60,677 nucleotides of DNA from Pseudomonadota bacterium (GTDB taxonomy: Bacteria > Pseudomonadota > Gammaproteobacteria > Xanthomonadales > Rhodanobacteraceae): the NCBI GenBank assembly GCA_018240545.1, contig JAFEFP010000296.1:1-60677 (forward strand), given 5' to 3'. Shown here piece after piece: positions 30,129 to 40,069 of this stretch (positions within the stretch are counted from its first letter, which is position 1; every line of letters starts with the position of its first letter). Under the pieces are notes generated by a model. It ran no database searches. It was not told where the DNA came from and saw nothing but the letters and a program-made list of their open reading frames with translations. Made by a program: the position numbers and the translations under genes.

Positions 30129-31300
30129 ACGCCGCAATCACCGTTTTCCTCAAGGAAGTCCGCGAGAACCTGCGCGATCGCCGCACCGTGGTCAATACGC
30201 TCGTCACCGGCCCGCTCATGGCGCCGCTGATCTTCGTGCTGCTCATCAACACCGTGATCACGCGCGAACTGGGCAAGGCCGAAGCACCGTTGTCCTTGCC
30301 GGTGGCCGGCGCGCAGTACGCGCCCAACCTTATCGGCGTACTCAAGCAGAACAATGTCGAGATCAAGGAAGCGCCTGCCGATGCGGAGCGCGCGGTGCGC
30401 GAGCAGGATGCCGACGTGGTATTGCGCATCGGCCCCGATTTCGCCAAGGCCTGGGACAAGGGCGAGCCGGCGCAGGTCGAGTTGATCTACGACGCCTCGC
30501 AGCAGGATGCGCGCGGCCAGGTCGAACGCCTGCGCAAGCTGATCGATGCCTATGGCCACCGTACCGGCGCGTTGCGCCTGCTTGCGCGCGGGCTCTCGCC
30601 GTCGATCCTCAAACCCGTGGTGCTCGCCGATCGCGACCAGTCCACGCCGCAAAGCCGCGCCGGATTGATGTTCGCCATGCTGCCGTACTTCTTCATCCTC
30701 GGTGGCTTCATCGGCGGCATGGCGCTTGCCATCGACACCACGGCCGGCGAGCGCGAACGCCAGTCGCTGGAGCCGCTGCTCGCCAACCCGGTGCCGCGCT
30801 GGAAGATCCTCGCCGGCAAACTGGGCGCGACCACCGCCTTCGCGATCACCACGGTGCTGCTGTCCATTATCGCCTTTGCCGTAGTCACCCGGTTCCTGCC
30901 GACGGAAAAGATCGGCATGAGCCTGACCTTGGGTCTGCGCTTCGTCGTCGCGACGATGTTCGTCATGCTGCCGCTGGCGGCCCTGCTCGGCACGCTGCAA
31001 ACGCTCGTCGCGGCGTTTGCCAAGAGCTATCGTGAGGCCCAGACCTACCTGTCGCTGCTGATGCTCGTGCCGATCGTGCCGACGTTGCTGCTGTCGGTGA
31101 TGCCGGTGAAGACGCAGCTGTGGATGTACGCGGTGCCGCTGCTCGGCCAGCAGGTCACGATCGTGCGCCTGATGCGCGGCGATCCGGTATCCGATGCGGC
31201 CCTGCTGCTGTGCTTCGTCGCCACGGCGATCGCGGCCTTGCTGGCCGCGTTGGTCACGGCGAAGATCTATCACAGCGAGCGACTCGCCATCTCGGCTTGA
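30125..31300 (+). CDS. ABC transporter permease (NatB-like)
   Basis: KEVRENLRDRRT, AIDTTAGERERQSLEPLL, AKSYREAQTY. Confidence 0.88.
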   Translation: MNAAITVFLKEVRENLRDRRTVVNTLVTGPLMAPLIFVLLINTVITRELGKAEAPLSLPVAGAQYAPNLIGVLKQNNVEIKEAPADAERAVREQDADVVLRIGPDFAKAWDKGEPAQVELIYDASQQDARGQVERLRKLIDAYGHRTGALRLLARGLSPSILKPVVLADRDQSTPQSRAGLMFAMLPYFFILGGFIGGMALAIDTTAGERERQSLEPLLANPVPRWKILAGKLGATTAFAITTVLLSIIAFAVVTRFLPTEKIGMSLTLGLRFVVATMFVMLPLAALLGTLQTLVAAFAKSYREAQTYLSLLMLVPIVPTLLLSVMPVKTQLWMYAVPLLGQQVTIVRLMRGDPVSDAALLLCFVATAIAALLAALVTAKIYHSERLAISA

Positions 31301-31303
31301 GAT

Positions 31304-32815
31304 TCAGGTGTTGCTGCCCAGAGCGCGGCGGTACTGGATTGCCTCGGTCAGGTGCGCCGTGACCACGCCCCCGCTACCGTCGAGGTCGGCGATCGTGCGC
31401 GCCACGCGCAGCACACGGTGGTAGGCGCGGGCGGACAGGCCGAGCTTGTCCAGCGCGCGTTCGAGCAGGGCGCGGTCGGATCTTGCCAGCGCGCAATCGC
31501 GCAGCACTTCGCGGTTGGACAGGCGCGAGTTCGCCTTGCCGGCGCGCTGCAACTGGCGTTCGCGCGCGGCGACCACGCGCAAGCGCACGACGGCGCTGGA
31601 CTCGCCGGCGGGTACGGTTTCGCCAAGCTCGGCCAGCGCCACGCGCGGCACCGCGATCTGCAAGTCGATGCGATCGAGCAAGGGTCCGGACACGCGCGCG
31701 CGGTAGCGGCGGATCGCGTCGGGAGTGCACACGCAGCGGCCGCTTGGATCGCCGGCATAGCCACAGGGGCAGGGATTCATCGCCGCGACGAGCTGGAACG
31801 CGGCGGGAAACTCGGCCTGGCGCGCGGCGCGCGAAATCACGATGTGGCCGGATTCAAGCGGTTCGCGCAGCACTTCGAGCACGCGCCGGTCGAACTCGGG
31901 TAGTTCGTCGAGGAACAGCACGCCACGATGGGCGAGCGAGATTTCTCCCGGTCGCGGAATCGGGCCGCCACCAACGAGCGCCACGGCGGACGCGGTGTGG
32001 TGCGGCGCGCGAAAGGGCCGCGTTTTCCACTGCTGGAAATCAATGCCACAACCGGCGACCGAACGGATCGCCGCCGCTTCCAGGGCCTCCGATTCGGTCA
32101 GCGGCGGCAGGATGCCAGGCAAACGACTCGCCAGCATGGTCTTGCCGGTGCCGGGCGGGCCAACGAAAAGCGCGTGGTGATTGCCGGCGGCGGCGATTTC
32201 CAGTGCGCGCCGCGCATGCGGCTGGCCGCGCACGTCGGCAAGGTCCAGATCATTGGCGACGGCAGCATCGGTTGCGACGATGCCCGATGCGACCGGCAAC
32301 TCCGCGGCGCCGCGCAGGAAGGCGCAGACTTCCAGCAGCGACGACGCGCCGTGCGCGGTGGCGCCGCCGACCAGCGCGGCTTCGGCGCCGTTGTCGCGCG
32401 GCACGACCAGGGCGCGTCCGGATTTCGCGGCTTTCAGCGCCGCCGGCAGCACGCCGGTGACCGGACGCAGTTCGCCGGAAAGCGCGAGTTCGCCCAAGAA
32501 TTCGTACTGCGCGAGCGCCTCTTTCGGCAAGTGTCCCTGTGCGGCAAGGATGCCGAGCGCGATCGGCAGGTCGAAGCGGCCACCGTCCTTTGGCAAATCT
32601 GCAGGCGCCAAACTCACCGTGACGCGGCGCGAGGGATATTCAAGTTGTGCGTTCTGGATCGCCACGCGCACGCGATCGCGGGCTTCTTTTACCGCCGTCT
32701 CGGGCAGGCCGACGATGCTGGTGCCCGGCAAGCCGCCGGACAAATGAACTTCGACAGTGACGGACGGTGCGCTGACGCCTTCCTGTGCGCGGCTGTGGAC
32801 GATGGCAAGGCTCAT
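31304..32815 (-). CDS. comM: ComM/YifB Mg-chelatase-like AAA+ ATPase
   Basis: VGLPETAVKEARDRVR, DLPIALGIL, GPPGTGKT, PFRAPHHTAS, GEISLAHRGVLFLDE, AMNPCPCGY, RVARTIADL. Confidence 0.95.
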   Translation of the reverse strand: MSLAIVHSRAQEGVSAPSVTVEVHLSGGLPGTSIVGLPETAVKEARDRVRVAIQNAQLEYPSRRVTVSLAPADLPKDGGRFDLPIALGILAAQGHLPKEALAQYEFLGELALSGELRPVTGVLPAALKAAKSGRALVVPRDNGAEAALVGGATAHGASSLLEVCAFLRGAAELPVASGIVATDAAVANDLDLADVRGQPHARRALEIAAAGNHHALFVGPPGTGKTMLASRLPGILPPLTESEALEAAAIRSVAGCGIDFQQWKTRPFRAPHHTASAVALVGGGPIPRPGEISLAHRGVLFLDELPEFDRRVLEVLREPLESGHIVISRAARQAEFPAAFQLVAAMNPCPCGYAGDPSGRCVCTPDAIRRYRARVSGPLLDRIDLQIAVPRVALAELGETVPAGESSAVVRLRVVAARERQLQRAGKANSRLSNREVLRDCALARSDRALLERALDKLGLSARAYHRVLRVARTIADLDGSGGVVTAHLTEAIQYRRALGSNT

Positions 32816-32883
32816 TTCCAACCTCCGGGCAAACGCATCCCGCGCCGTATCAATGCACAGCGAATTCGTGGTGGTTCCTGCTC

Positions 32884-32989
32884 GTCATGCCGGCATGGTC
32901 GAGTGTCGGCGACAGCCGACCGAGGGGCATCCAGACTGCAGGGATGCCATCCGTGGCTACTGGATTCCGGCAGTCCCTGCCGGAATGAC
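32884..32989. repeat. Palindromic intergenic repeat, family A (copy 3)
   Basis: Near-identical to 23228-23352 with a shorter spacer. Confidence 0.9.
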
Positions 32990-32996
32990 GGGCTAC

Positions 32997-33254
32997 CTAG
33001 GGCTGTTGCCTGACGGGGCTTTCTTCCAGCTCGTCCACGCGAGCTTCCAGCGCCTCGACCTTCTCGCGCGTGCGCAAGAGCACGCTGCGCTGCACGTCGA
33101 ATTCCTCGCGCGTGACAAGGTCGAGCTTGCGCAAGCCGGCGCGCAACGCATCGCGGAAGTTGGCGGAAAGGTCGTCGCGCGCTTCGCGGGCGCCGGGCGG
33201 AACCAGGTCGGCCAGGCGGCGGGCCAGGTCGTCGATGGCGGCGGTGCTGAACAT
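32997..33254 (-). CDS. ubiK: Ubiquinone biosynthesis accessory factor UbiK (BMFP family)
   Basis: KLDLVTREEFDVQRSVLLRTREKVEALEARV; ubiK-comM synteny. Confidence 0.92.
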   Translation of the reverse strand: MFSTAAIDDLARRLADLVPPGAREARDDLSANFRDALRAGLRKLDLVTREEFDVQRSVLLRTREKVEALEARVDELEESPVRQQP

Positions 33255-33336
33255 GGCGCGCTCCTGCAATTCGATGCGCGCAGTGTAGCCAAACGCGCGC
33301 GTTGGCGCTGTCGGCGGCGCGCGCCGCAGCGCGTAG

Positions 33337-33729
<393 letters not shown>

Positions 33730-33732
33730 CCA

Positions 33733-34890
33733 TTATTTCGCCGAATCGGGTTTCCAGAAATTGCGTACCACGATCGCGTGCAGATTTGCGGTGAAGCGCC
33801 GTGCATCGCCCACCTGCATGTGCGACCACTCGGGCAGATACCAGTCGCGGCTCAATTCCGGATAATCCGAGAAGTAGATGCCGGGCGCGCCGGATTTGGC
33901 GAGCAGCGTGTCCCAAGACGACGCGCGCGGGTACAGGCGCAAATCGTATTCAAGATACGGACCCGCGCTGGGCGGACGCACGAACAACACCTTGACGCCG
34001 CGCGCACGCAGCTTCGCTACCGCCTTGGCAGCGCGGTCGATTTGCTCGTCGCGCGTTTTGGCCGCCGCTTCGGGCTTTGGGTCATCGTCGGATGGCACGA
34101 AATCCTGCATCCACACACGGCTGGCCAGCACCCGATAATCCTGATCGGAGCCCACCTTGTTCCACAGTTGTGTGGCGCGATCCGGCCCGCTTACGTTGAG
34201 GCGGCGCACGTGCAACCGATTCGGTTTGCCGGGCCGATCCGGCCACCAGGGCTGGCGTTCGATGACGGTGGCGAGTGCGTAGTCGTCGTCGTCGAAGGCC
34301 CAGAAGGGTTCGATCAGATGCATCGACAACCATTGGCCGATGCGCTGCGAGGGCGATTGCTTCTGGTAGTACTTGATTGAATCCTTGTGGAAACCGTAGC
34401 CGCTGAAAAACAATTCCGGCGCCACGCCGACGATCACGCGGCCGGTGAATCTCGGATCGGCAGCGAGATCTTCAAGGAAGGGCAGCGAGGTCGTGCCTTC
34501 CCAAGAAAGCTGGATCGGGCGCTCGCCGTCGAGCTTCTGCCACACGTCCAGTTGCAGATCCATGAACATGCGCGAAGAGCCGACCAGTACGGTGGCATTG
34601 CCTTCGCCGTTGTCGATGCGGCGGCGCTGGATCGCCCACAATCCGCTGTCGTTGCGATAGGCAGGACGCACGCCGAACGCACGCCAGTGCCATTCCCATG
34701 TGCCGAGCAGCAATGCGAACCCGATCACCGTACCGAGCAGGATGCGTCCCCACGGCTGCGCGGGAACCTCGCGCTCCGGCACCGGTTGGGCAACACCCGG
34801 TCGGTCGGCCGCGGTGACGCGTGCGTAGTTGCCGCGACGCAGGTAGCGGACCTGGTCTTCGGGCGACACATCGTGGCGGCGCATGTCCAT
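33733..34890 (-). CDS. Membrane-anchored SGNH-like partner of the MBOAT acyltransferase
   Basis: One N-terminal TM; VLVGSSR block; C-terminal EWSH resembling DxxH; starts 2 bp after the MBOAT stop. Confidence 0.65.
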   Translation of the reverse strand: MDMRRHDVSPEDQVRYLRRGNYARVTAADRPGVAQPVPEREVPAQPWGRILLGTVIGFALLLGTWEWHWRAFGVRPAYRNDSGLWAIQRRRIDNGEGNATVLVGSSRMFMDLQLDVWQKLDGERPIQLSWEGTTSLPFLEDLAADPRFTGRVIVGVAPELFFSGYGFHKDSIKYYQKQSPSQRIGQWLSMHLIEPFWAFDDDDYALATVIERQPWWPDRPGKPNRLHVRRLNVSGPDRATQLWNKVGSDQDYRVLASRVWMQDFVPSDDDPKPEAAAKTRDEQIDRAAKAVAKLRARGVKVLFVRPPSAGPYLEYDLRLYPRASSWDTLLAKSGAPGIYFSDYPELSRDWYLPEWSHMQVGDARRFTANLHAIVVRNFWKPDSAK

Positions 34891-34892
34891 GG

Positions 34893-36308
34893 TCAGAACT
34901 GGAAGTAGATGAAGGACGCGCCGGAACCCTGCGCAATCACGATCGCGAAGGCGAGCAGGGCCCAGACCGCGCCGATCGCGGCCGGATGCGCGCGGGCGAC
35001 GACGCCCTCGAGCGTGCGCGCGCGCATGAACCAGTGCGCGAACAGCAAGCCGCCGACGATGACGGCGACACTGATGAGGTAAAACGATTCAAGTATCGGC
35101 TTCGCCTGCGCGTTCGCGCCGGCCATGCCGCGCAGCATCAGCCAGGCCTTGTCGAAGGTCTTGGCGCGGAAGAACACCCAGGTGACATTGACCAGCGCAT
35201 AGGTGAGCAGGCCCAGCAAAACGAGGGCCAGCGCACCGGGTTTGTAGCCGGCGAAACGTCGGCGCAGGAAGCGTTCGACCGCAAGGTATGCGCCGTGCAA
35301 TCCGCCCCAGGCGACGAAGGTCCAGCTCGCGCCATGCCACAGGCCGCCAAGCAGCATGGTCGTCATCAGCGCGGCATAGGTGCGACGCTCGCCGTGGCGA
35401 TTTCCGCCCAGAGGTATGTACAGATAATCGCGCAGCCACGACGACAAGGTGATGTGCCAGCGCCGCCAGAAATCCGAGAAACCGACCGCGGCGTAGGGAA
35501 AGCGGAAGTTGTCCGGCATGGCGAAACCCAGGCACAGCGCCGCGCCGATCGCGGTGGTCGAATAACCGGCGAAGTCGCAGAAAATCTGGCCGCTGAAGGC
35601 CAACGTCGCCGCCCAGGCATCGAGCGCGCCGGGAATCTTGTTCGCGTCGTAAACGTGTTCGGCGACGGGCGCGAGGAAGCTGTCCGCCAACACCACCTTG
35701 TTGAACAGCCCCAGCGTCATCAGCGCGAGTCCGAAGCGCAGTTGGTCGGCATTGGCCCGGCGTGGCTGCTCGAACTGCGGCACCAGCTCGGTCGGGCGCA
35801 TGATCGGCCCGGCGACGAGATGCGGAAAAAAGGTCACGAACAGCGCGTAGTCGAGGAAATTTTCCGCCGGCAGTGCGCGGCGCAGGTACACGTCGAGCGT
35901 GTACGACAGCGTGGCAAACGTGTAAAACGAGATTCCGACCGGCAGCACGATGTCGTAGGGCGCCGGCTGGTAGGCCACGCCGGCCGCGTGCAGCACGGCG
36001 GCAAAGTTGTCGAGCAGGAATGTTCCGTACTTGAAATAGCCAAGCATGCCGAGGTTGGCAATGACCGACAGCAGCATCCAGGCATGGCGCGCGGATTCGC
36101 GTCGCGCCTTGACCAGGCCCTGCGCGGCGTACCAGTCGACCACGGTCGAGATCCACAGCAGGATCACGAACGGCGGATTCCAGGCCGAATAGAACAGGTA
36201 ACTCGCGAGCAGCAAGTTGACCTTGCGCCAGGTCCACGCCAGCGGCAGGTTGTGCACAACCAGCACGAGCGCGAAGAACGCCACGAATGTGAGCGAGTTG
36301 AAAACCAT
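34893..36308 (-). CDS. MBOAT family O-acyltransferase (AlgI/PatA-like)
   Basis: LPVGISFYTF, FFPHLVAGPI, QIFCDFAGYS, FWRRWHITLSSWLRDYLYIPLGG, GLWHGA, FIYFQF. Confidence 0.93.
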   Translation of the reverse strand: MVFNSLTFVAFFALVLVVHNLPLAWTWRKVNLLLASYLFYSAWNPPFVILLWISTVVDWYAAQGLVKARRESARHAWMLLSVIANLGMLGYFKYGTFLLDNFAAVLHAAGVAYQPAPYDIVLPVGISFYTFATLSYTLDVYLRRALPAENFLDYALFVTFFPHLVAGPIMRPTELVPQFEQPRRANADQLRFGLALMTLGLFNKVVLADSFLAPVAEHVYDANKIPGALDAWAATLAFSGQIFCDFAGYSTTAIGAALCLGFAMPDNFRFPYAAVGFSDFWRRWHITLSSWLRDYLYIPLGGNRHGERRTYAALMTTMLLGGLWHGASWTFVAWGGLHGAYLAVERFLRRRFAGYKPGALALVLLGLLTYALVNVTWVFFRAKTFDKAWLMLRGMAGANAQAKPILESFYLISVAVIVGGLLFAHWFMRARTLEGVVARAHPAAIGAVWALLAFAIVIAQGSGASFIYFQF

Positions 36309-36428
36309 CCCCGGCCTCCCCCGAGAAACGGTCAACGGCGCGGATCATACAGGGTCTGTTGCCCAACGCCAGAGCCGGGATCGGACGACTGGTAGAATAG
36401 GAATCCGACTGCCATTTTCCCGCCCGTC

Positions 36429-39400
36429 ATGTCCGTCCCTGCCGCCCAGATCGACCTCGACTACACCCTCGAACACAAGTACACGCGCGAAAAGGGGCGC
36501 ATCTATCTTTCCGGCGTGCAGGCGCTGGTGCGCCTGCCGCTGATGCAGCAGATGCGCGATCGCGCGGCAGGTTTGAAAACAGCAGGTTTCATATCCGGCT
36601 ACCGCGGCTCGCCCTTGGGCGGTTTCGACCTGGAATTGTGGAAGGCGAAAAAGCACCTCGCCGCTTCCAGCATCGAATTCCAGCCGGGCCTGAACGAGGA
36701 TCTCGGCGCGACCATGGTCTGGGGCACGCAGCAGGCGAACATCTTTCCCGGCGCGAAATACGATGGCGTGTTTTCGATGTGGTACGGCAAGGGCCCGGGG
36801 GTCGATCGCTGCGGCGACGTGTTCAAGCACGGCAATGCGGCGGGTACCTCGAAGAACGGCGGCGTGCTCGCGCTCGCGGCCGACGATCATGCGTGTCGCT
36901 CGTCCACGCTGCCGCACGGATCGGAACTCGAATTCGTCAGCGCGATGATGCCAATCTTGAATCCCGCCGGCGTGCAGGACATTCTCGACATGGGTCTGCT
37001 CGGCTGGGCCATGTCGCGCTTCACCGGGCGCTGGGTCGGCTTCAAGACCATCGCGGAAACGGTGGAATCGAGCGCCAGCGTCAATGTGAATCCGCATCAG
37101 CTCGACATCGTGCTGCCGACCGATTTCGAATTGCCGCCGGGCGGCCTCAACATTCGTTGGCCCGATCCGCCGCTGGATCAGGAAATGCGCCTGCACCAGT
37201 ACGCGGTGAAGGCGGCGTGCGCGTTCGCGCGCGCGAACGGCATCGACCGCATCGTGCTCGATTCGCCCAAGGCGCGATTGGGGATAGTCACCACGGGCAA
37301 GAGTTATCTCGACGTTTTGCAAGCGCTGGAATACCTCGGCATCAGCGAAGCCGACGCGCGCGCCATCGGCATCCGCGTGTACAAGGTCGGCATGACCTGG
37401 CCGCTGGAACCCGTCGGCATCCGCGAATTCGCGCGTGGGCTCGAAGACATCATCGTGGTCGAGGAAAAGCGCTCCTTCCTCGAATCGCAGATGAAGGAAT
37501 ACATGTTCAACTGGGACACACGTCCGCACATCGTCGGCAAGTACGACGAGGACGGCAACTGGATCCTGCCCTCGACCAACGAACTGACGCCAGCCATGAT
37601 CGCACTGGTGATCGCCAGGCGCCTGTCGCGCTTTTTCACCAGCGAGGCGATGGCGCAGCGCGTGGCGTGGATCCAGGCCAAGGAACACGAGTTGACCCTG
37701 CCGCGCGCGAATTTTCCGCGCGTGCCGCATTACTGCTCGGGCTGCCCGCACAACACCTCGACCAAGGTACCGGAAGACTCGCGCGCGCTCGGCGGCATCG
37801 GCTGCCACTACATGGTCACGTGGATGGATCGGCGCACCGACACGTTCACGCAGATGGGCGGCGAAGGCGCGACCTGGTGCGGGCAGGCGCCGTTCACGAA
37901 TACGAAGCACGTGTTCCAGAACCTGGGCGACGGCACGTATTTCCATTCCGGCTCGCTCGCGATCCGCCAAGCCGTCGCGGCCCGCGTCAATATCACCTAC
38001 AAGATTTTGTACAACGACGCGGTGGCGATGACCGGTGGCCAGCCAGTGGACGGCAAACTATCCGTGCCCGCCATCGCGCACCAGGTACGCAGCGAAGGTG
38101 TCGCGACAATCATCGTGATGAGCGACGACATCGAAAAATGGTCGGATGCTTCGATCTTCCCGAGCGACGTGGAATTCATCCATCGCGATGAACTCGATGC
38201 CGTACAGAAGCGCTTGCGTGAGGTCGAAGGCGTTTCGGTGCTGATTTACGACCAGACCTGCGCCACCGAAAAACGCCGCCGCCGCAAGCGCGGCAAGATG
38301 CCCGACCCGAAGAAGCGCGTGTTCATCAATTCATTGGTGTGCGAGGGTTGTGGCGACTGCGGCAAGGAATCGTTCTGTGTGTCGGTGTTGCCGAAAGACA
38401 CCGAATACGGGCGCAAGCGCGAGATCGACCAATCGAGCTGCAACAAGGATTTTTCCTGCGTGAAGGGTTTCTGCCCGAGCTTTGTCACCGTGCACGGCGG
38501 CGGGCTGAAAAAGCGCAAACCGGGCGCGAAAGTGGATTTTTCCACCTTGCCGCAACCGACGTTTGCGAGCGACCTGTCCAAGCCCTGGAACATCCTCGTC
38601 ACCGGCATCGGCGGTACGGGCGTGGTCACCATCGGCGCGTTGATCGGCATGGCCGCGCACCTCGAGGGCAAGGGTGGCACCGTGCTCGACCAGACCGGCC
38701 TTGCGCAAAAAGGCGGCGCGGTGACCTGCCATCTGCGCATCGCGCAATCACCGGCCGATATCAACGCCGTGCGCATCGCCGCGGGCGAGGCGGACCTCGT
38801 GCTCGGTTGCGACATGGTCGTGGTCAACGACTATTGGTCATTGTCGAAGATCCGCGCCGGGCGTTCGCGCGTGGTACTCAATTCCTATGAGGCGATGCCG
38901 GGCACGTTCACGATGAAGCCCGACATGCAGTTTCCCGCCAACGGCATCGTCGAGGCGGTCAAGACCGCGCTGGGCGGGCAGGCGCCTGAACTCGTCGACG
39001 CAACCGATCTCGCCGTGAAACTGCTCGGCGACTCCATCGGCGCCAATCTGTTCATGCTCGGCTATGCCTGGCAGAAAGGCTGGGTGCCGTTGTCGCTGGA
39101 GGCGCTGATGCGCGCAGTGGAGTTGAACGGAGCGGCGATCGAGATGAACAAGTCCGCGTTCAACTGGGGTCGCATGGCGGCGCACGACATCGTGCGCGTG
39201 CGCGATGCGGCAGGCGGCAAGTCGGCCGCGAACGACGGCGTTGCCACGGCATTGGACGATGCAGCAATCAGCGCCACATTGGACGAGCGCATCGCCCGCC
39301 GCGTCGCCTTCCTCACCGACTACCAGAACGCGGCGTATGCGCAAAAGTACAAGGCGCTGGTCGACAAGGTCCGCGCCGCCGAGCAGGCAAAGCTGCCGGG

Positions 39401-39929
39401 ATCAAGCGCACTGACCGAAGCCGTCGCACGCTACGCCTTCAAGCTGATGGCCTACAAGGACGAATACGAAGTCGCGCGCCTGTACACCTCGGGCGATTTC
39501 GAAAAACGCATCCGCGAACAGTTCGACGGCGACTTCAAGCTGCACTTCCATCTCGCCCCACCGCTGCTCGCTCATCGCGACAGCGAAGGCAAGCTGCGCA
39601 AGGGCGAATACGGAGCGTGGGTGTTCGGCGCGTTCAAGCTGCTGGCCAAACTACGCGGCTTGCGCGGCACCGCATTCGACATCTTCGGCAAGACCGCGGA
39701 GCGGCGCAGCGAACGTGCGCTGATCGGCGAATACTTCGCCACCGTGGAGGACTTGCTGGCGAAGCTCGACCGCGAAAATCTTGCACTGGCGGTGGATATC
39801 GCCAGCGTGCCCGAGCACATCCGCGGCTACGGCCACGTCAAGCACGCGCATCTGGAAAAAGCACAGTCGCGACGCGAACAATTGCTTGCGGCGTGGCGCA
39901 ATCCGCAGGCGGCGAAAGCGGCGGCGTGA
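36429..39929 (+). CDS. Indolepyruvate ferredoxin oxidoreductase family, fused alpha+beta
   Basis: GFISGYRGSPLGG, CSGCPHN, GDGTYFHSG, CEGCGDC..C..CNKDFSCVKGFCPSF, GIGGTGV, MAYKDEYEVARL, IRGYGHVK. Confidence 0.93.
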   Translation: MSVPAAQIDLDYTLEHKYTREKGRIYLSGVQALVRLPLMQQMRDRAAGLKTAGFISGYRGSPLGGFDLELWKAKKHLAASSIEFQPGLNEDLGATMVWGTQQANIFPGAKYDGVFSMWYGKGPGVDRCGDVFKHGNAAGTSKNGGVLALAADDHACRSSTLPHGSELEFVSAMMPILNPAGVQDILDMGLLGWAMSRFTGRWVGFKTIAETVESSASVNVNPHQLDIVLPTDFELPPGGLNIRWPDPPLDQEMRLHQYAVKAACAFARANGIDRIVLDSPKARLGIVTTGKSYLDVLQALEYLGISEADARAIGIRVYKVGMTWPLEPVGIREFARGLEDIIVVEEKRSFLESQMKEYMFNWDTRPHIVGKYDEDGNWILPSTNELTPAMIALVIARRLSRFFTSEAMAQRVAWIQAKEHELTLPRANFPRVPHYCSGCPHNTSTKVPEDSRALGGIGCHYMVTWMDRRTDTFTQMGGEGATWCGQAPFTNTKHVFQNLGDGTYFHSGSLAIRQAVAARVNITYKILYNDAVAMTGGQPVDGKLSVPAIAHQVRSEGVATIIVMSDDIEKWSDASIFPSDVEFIHRDELDAVQKRLREVEGVSVLIYDQTCATEKRRRRKRGKMPDPKKRVFINSLVCEGCGDCGKESFCVSVLPKDTEYGRKREIDQSSCNKDFSCVKGFCPSFVTVHGGGLKKRKPGAKVDFSTLPQPTFASDLSKPWNILVTGIGGTGVVTIGALIGMAAHLEGKGGTVLDQTGLAQKGGAVTCHLRIAQSPADINAVRIAAGEADLVLGCDMVVVNDYWSLSKIRAGRSRVVLNSYEAMPGTFTMKPDMQFPANGIVEAVKTALGGQAPELVDATDLAVKLLGDSIGANLFMLGYAWQKGWVPLSLEALMRAVELNGAAIEMNKSAFNWGRMAAHDIVRVRDAAGGKSAANDGVATALDDAAISATLDERIARRVAFLTDYQNAAYAQKYKALVDKVRAAEQAKLPGSSALTEAVARYAFKLMAYKDEYEVARLYTSGDFEKRIREQFDGDFKLHFHLAPPLLAHRDSEGKLRKGEYGAWVFGAFKLLAKLRGLRGTAFDIFGKTAERRSERALIGEYFATVEDLLAKLDRENLALAVDIASVPEHIRGYGHVKHAHLEKAQSRREQLLAAWRNPQAAKAAA

Positions 39930-39944
39930 CCTAGGAAAGCGCCA

Positions 39945-40069
39945 GAAGAACCGTCGCGAGCGAAGGCAGGTCGCGTGCCGCCAGCGCGCAGGAACCGGAG
40001 TGTACTTTGCCGTACATGAGGATTCCGAGCACTGCCGGCACGCGAGATGTCGAGCGCAGCAGGTTCTTC
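39945..40069. repeat. MITE-like / RPE1-like palindromic element (family C)
   Basis: 8-bp terminal inverted repeats GAAGAACC/GGTTCTTC; stem TCGCGTGCCG/CGGCACGCGA; core GGAACCGGAGTGTAC..GTACATGAGGATTCC. Confidence 0.7.
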
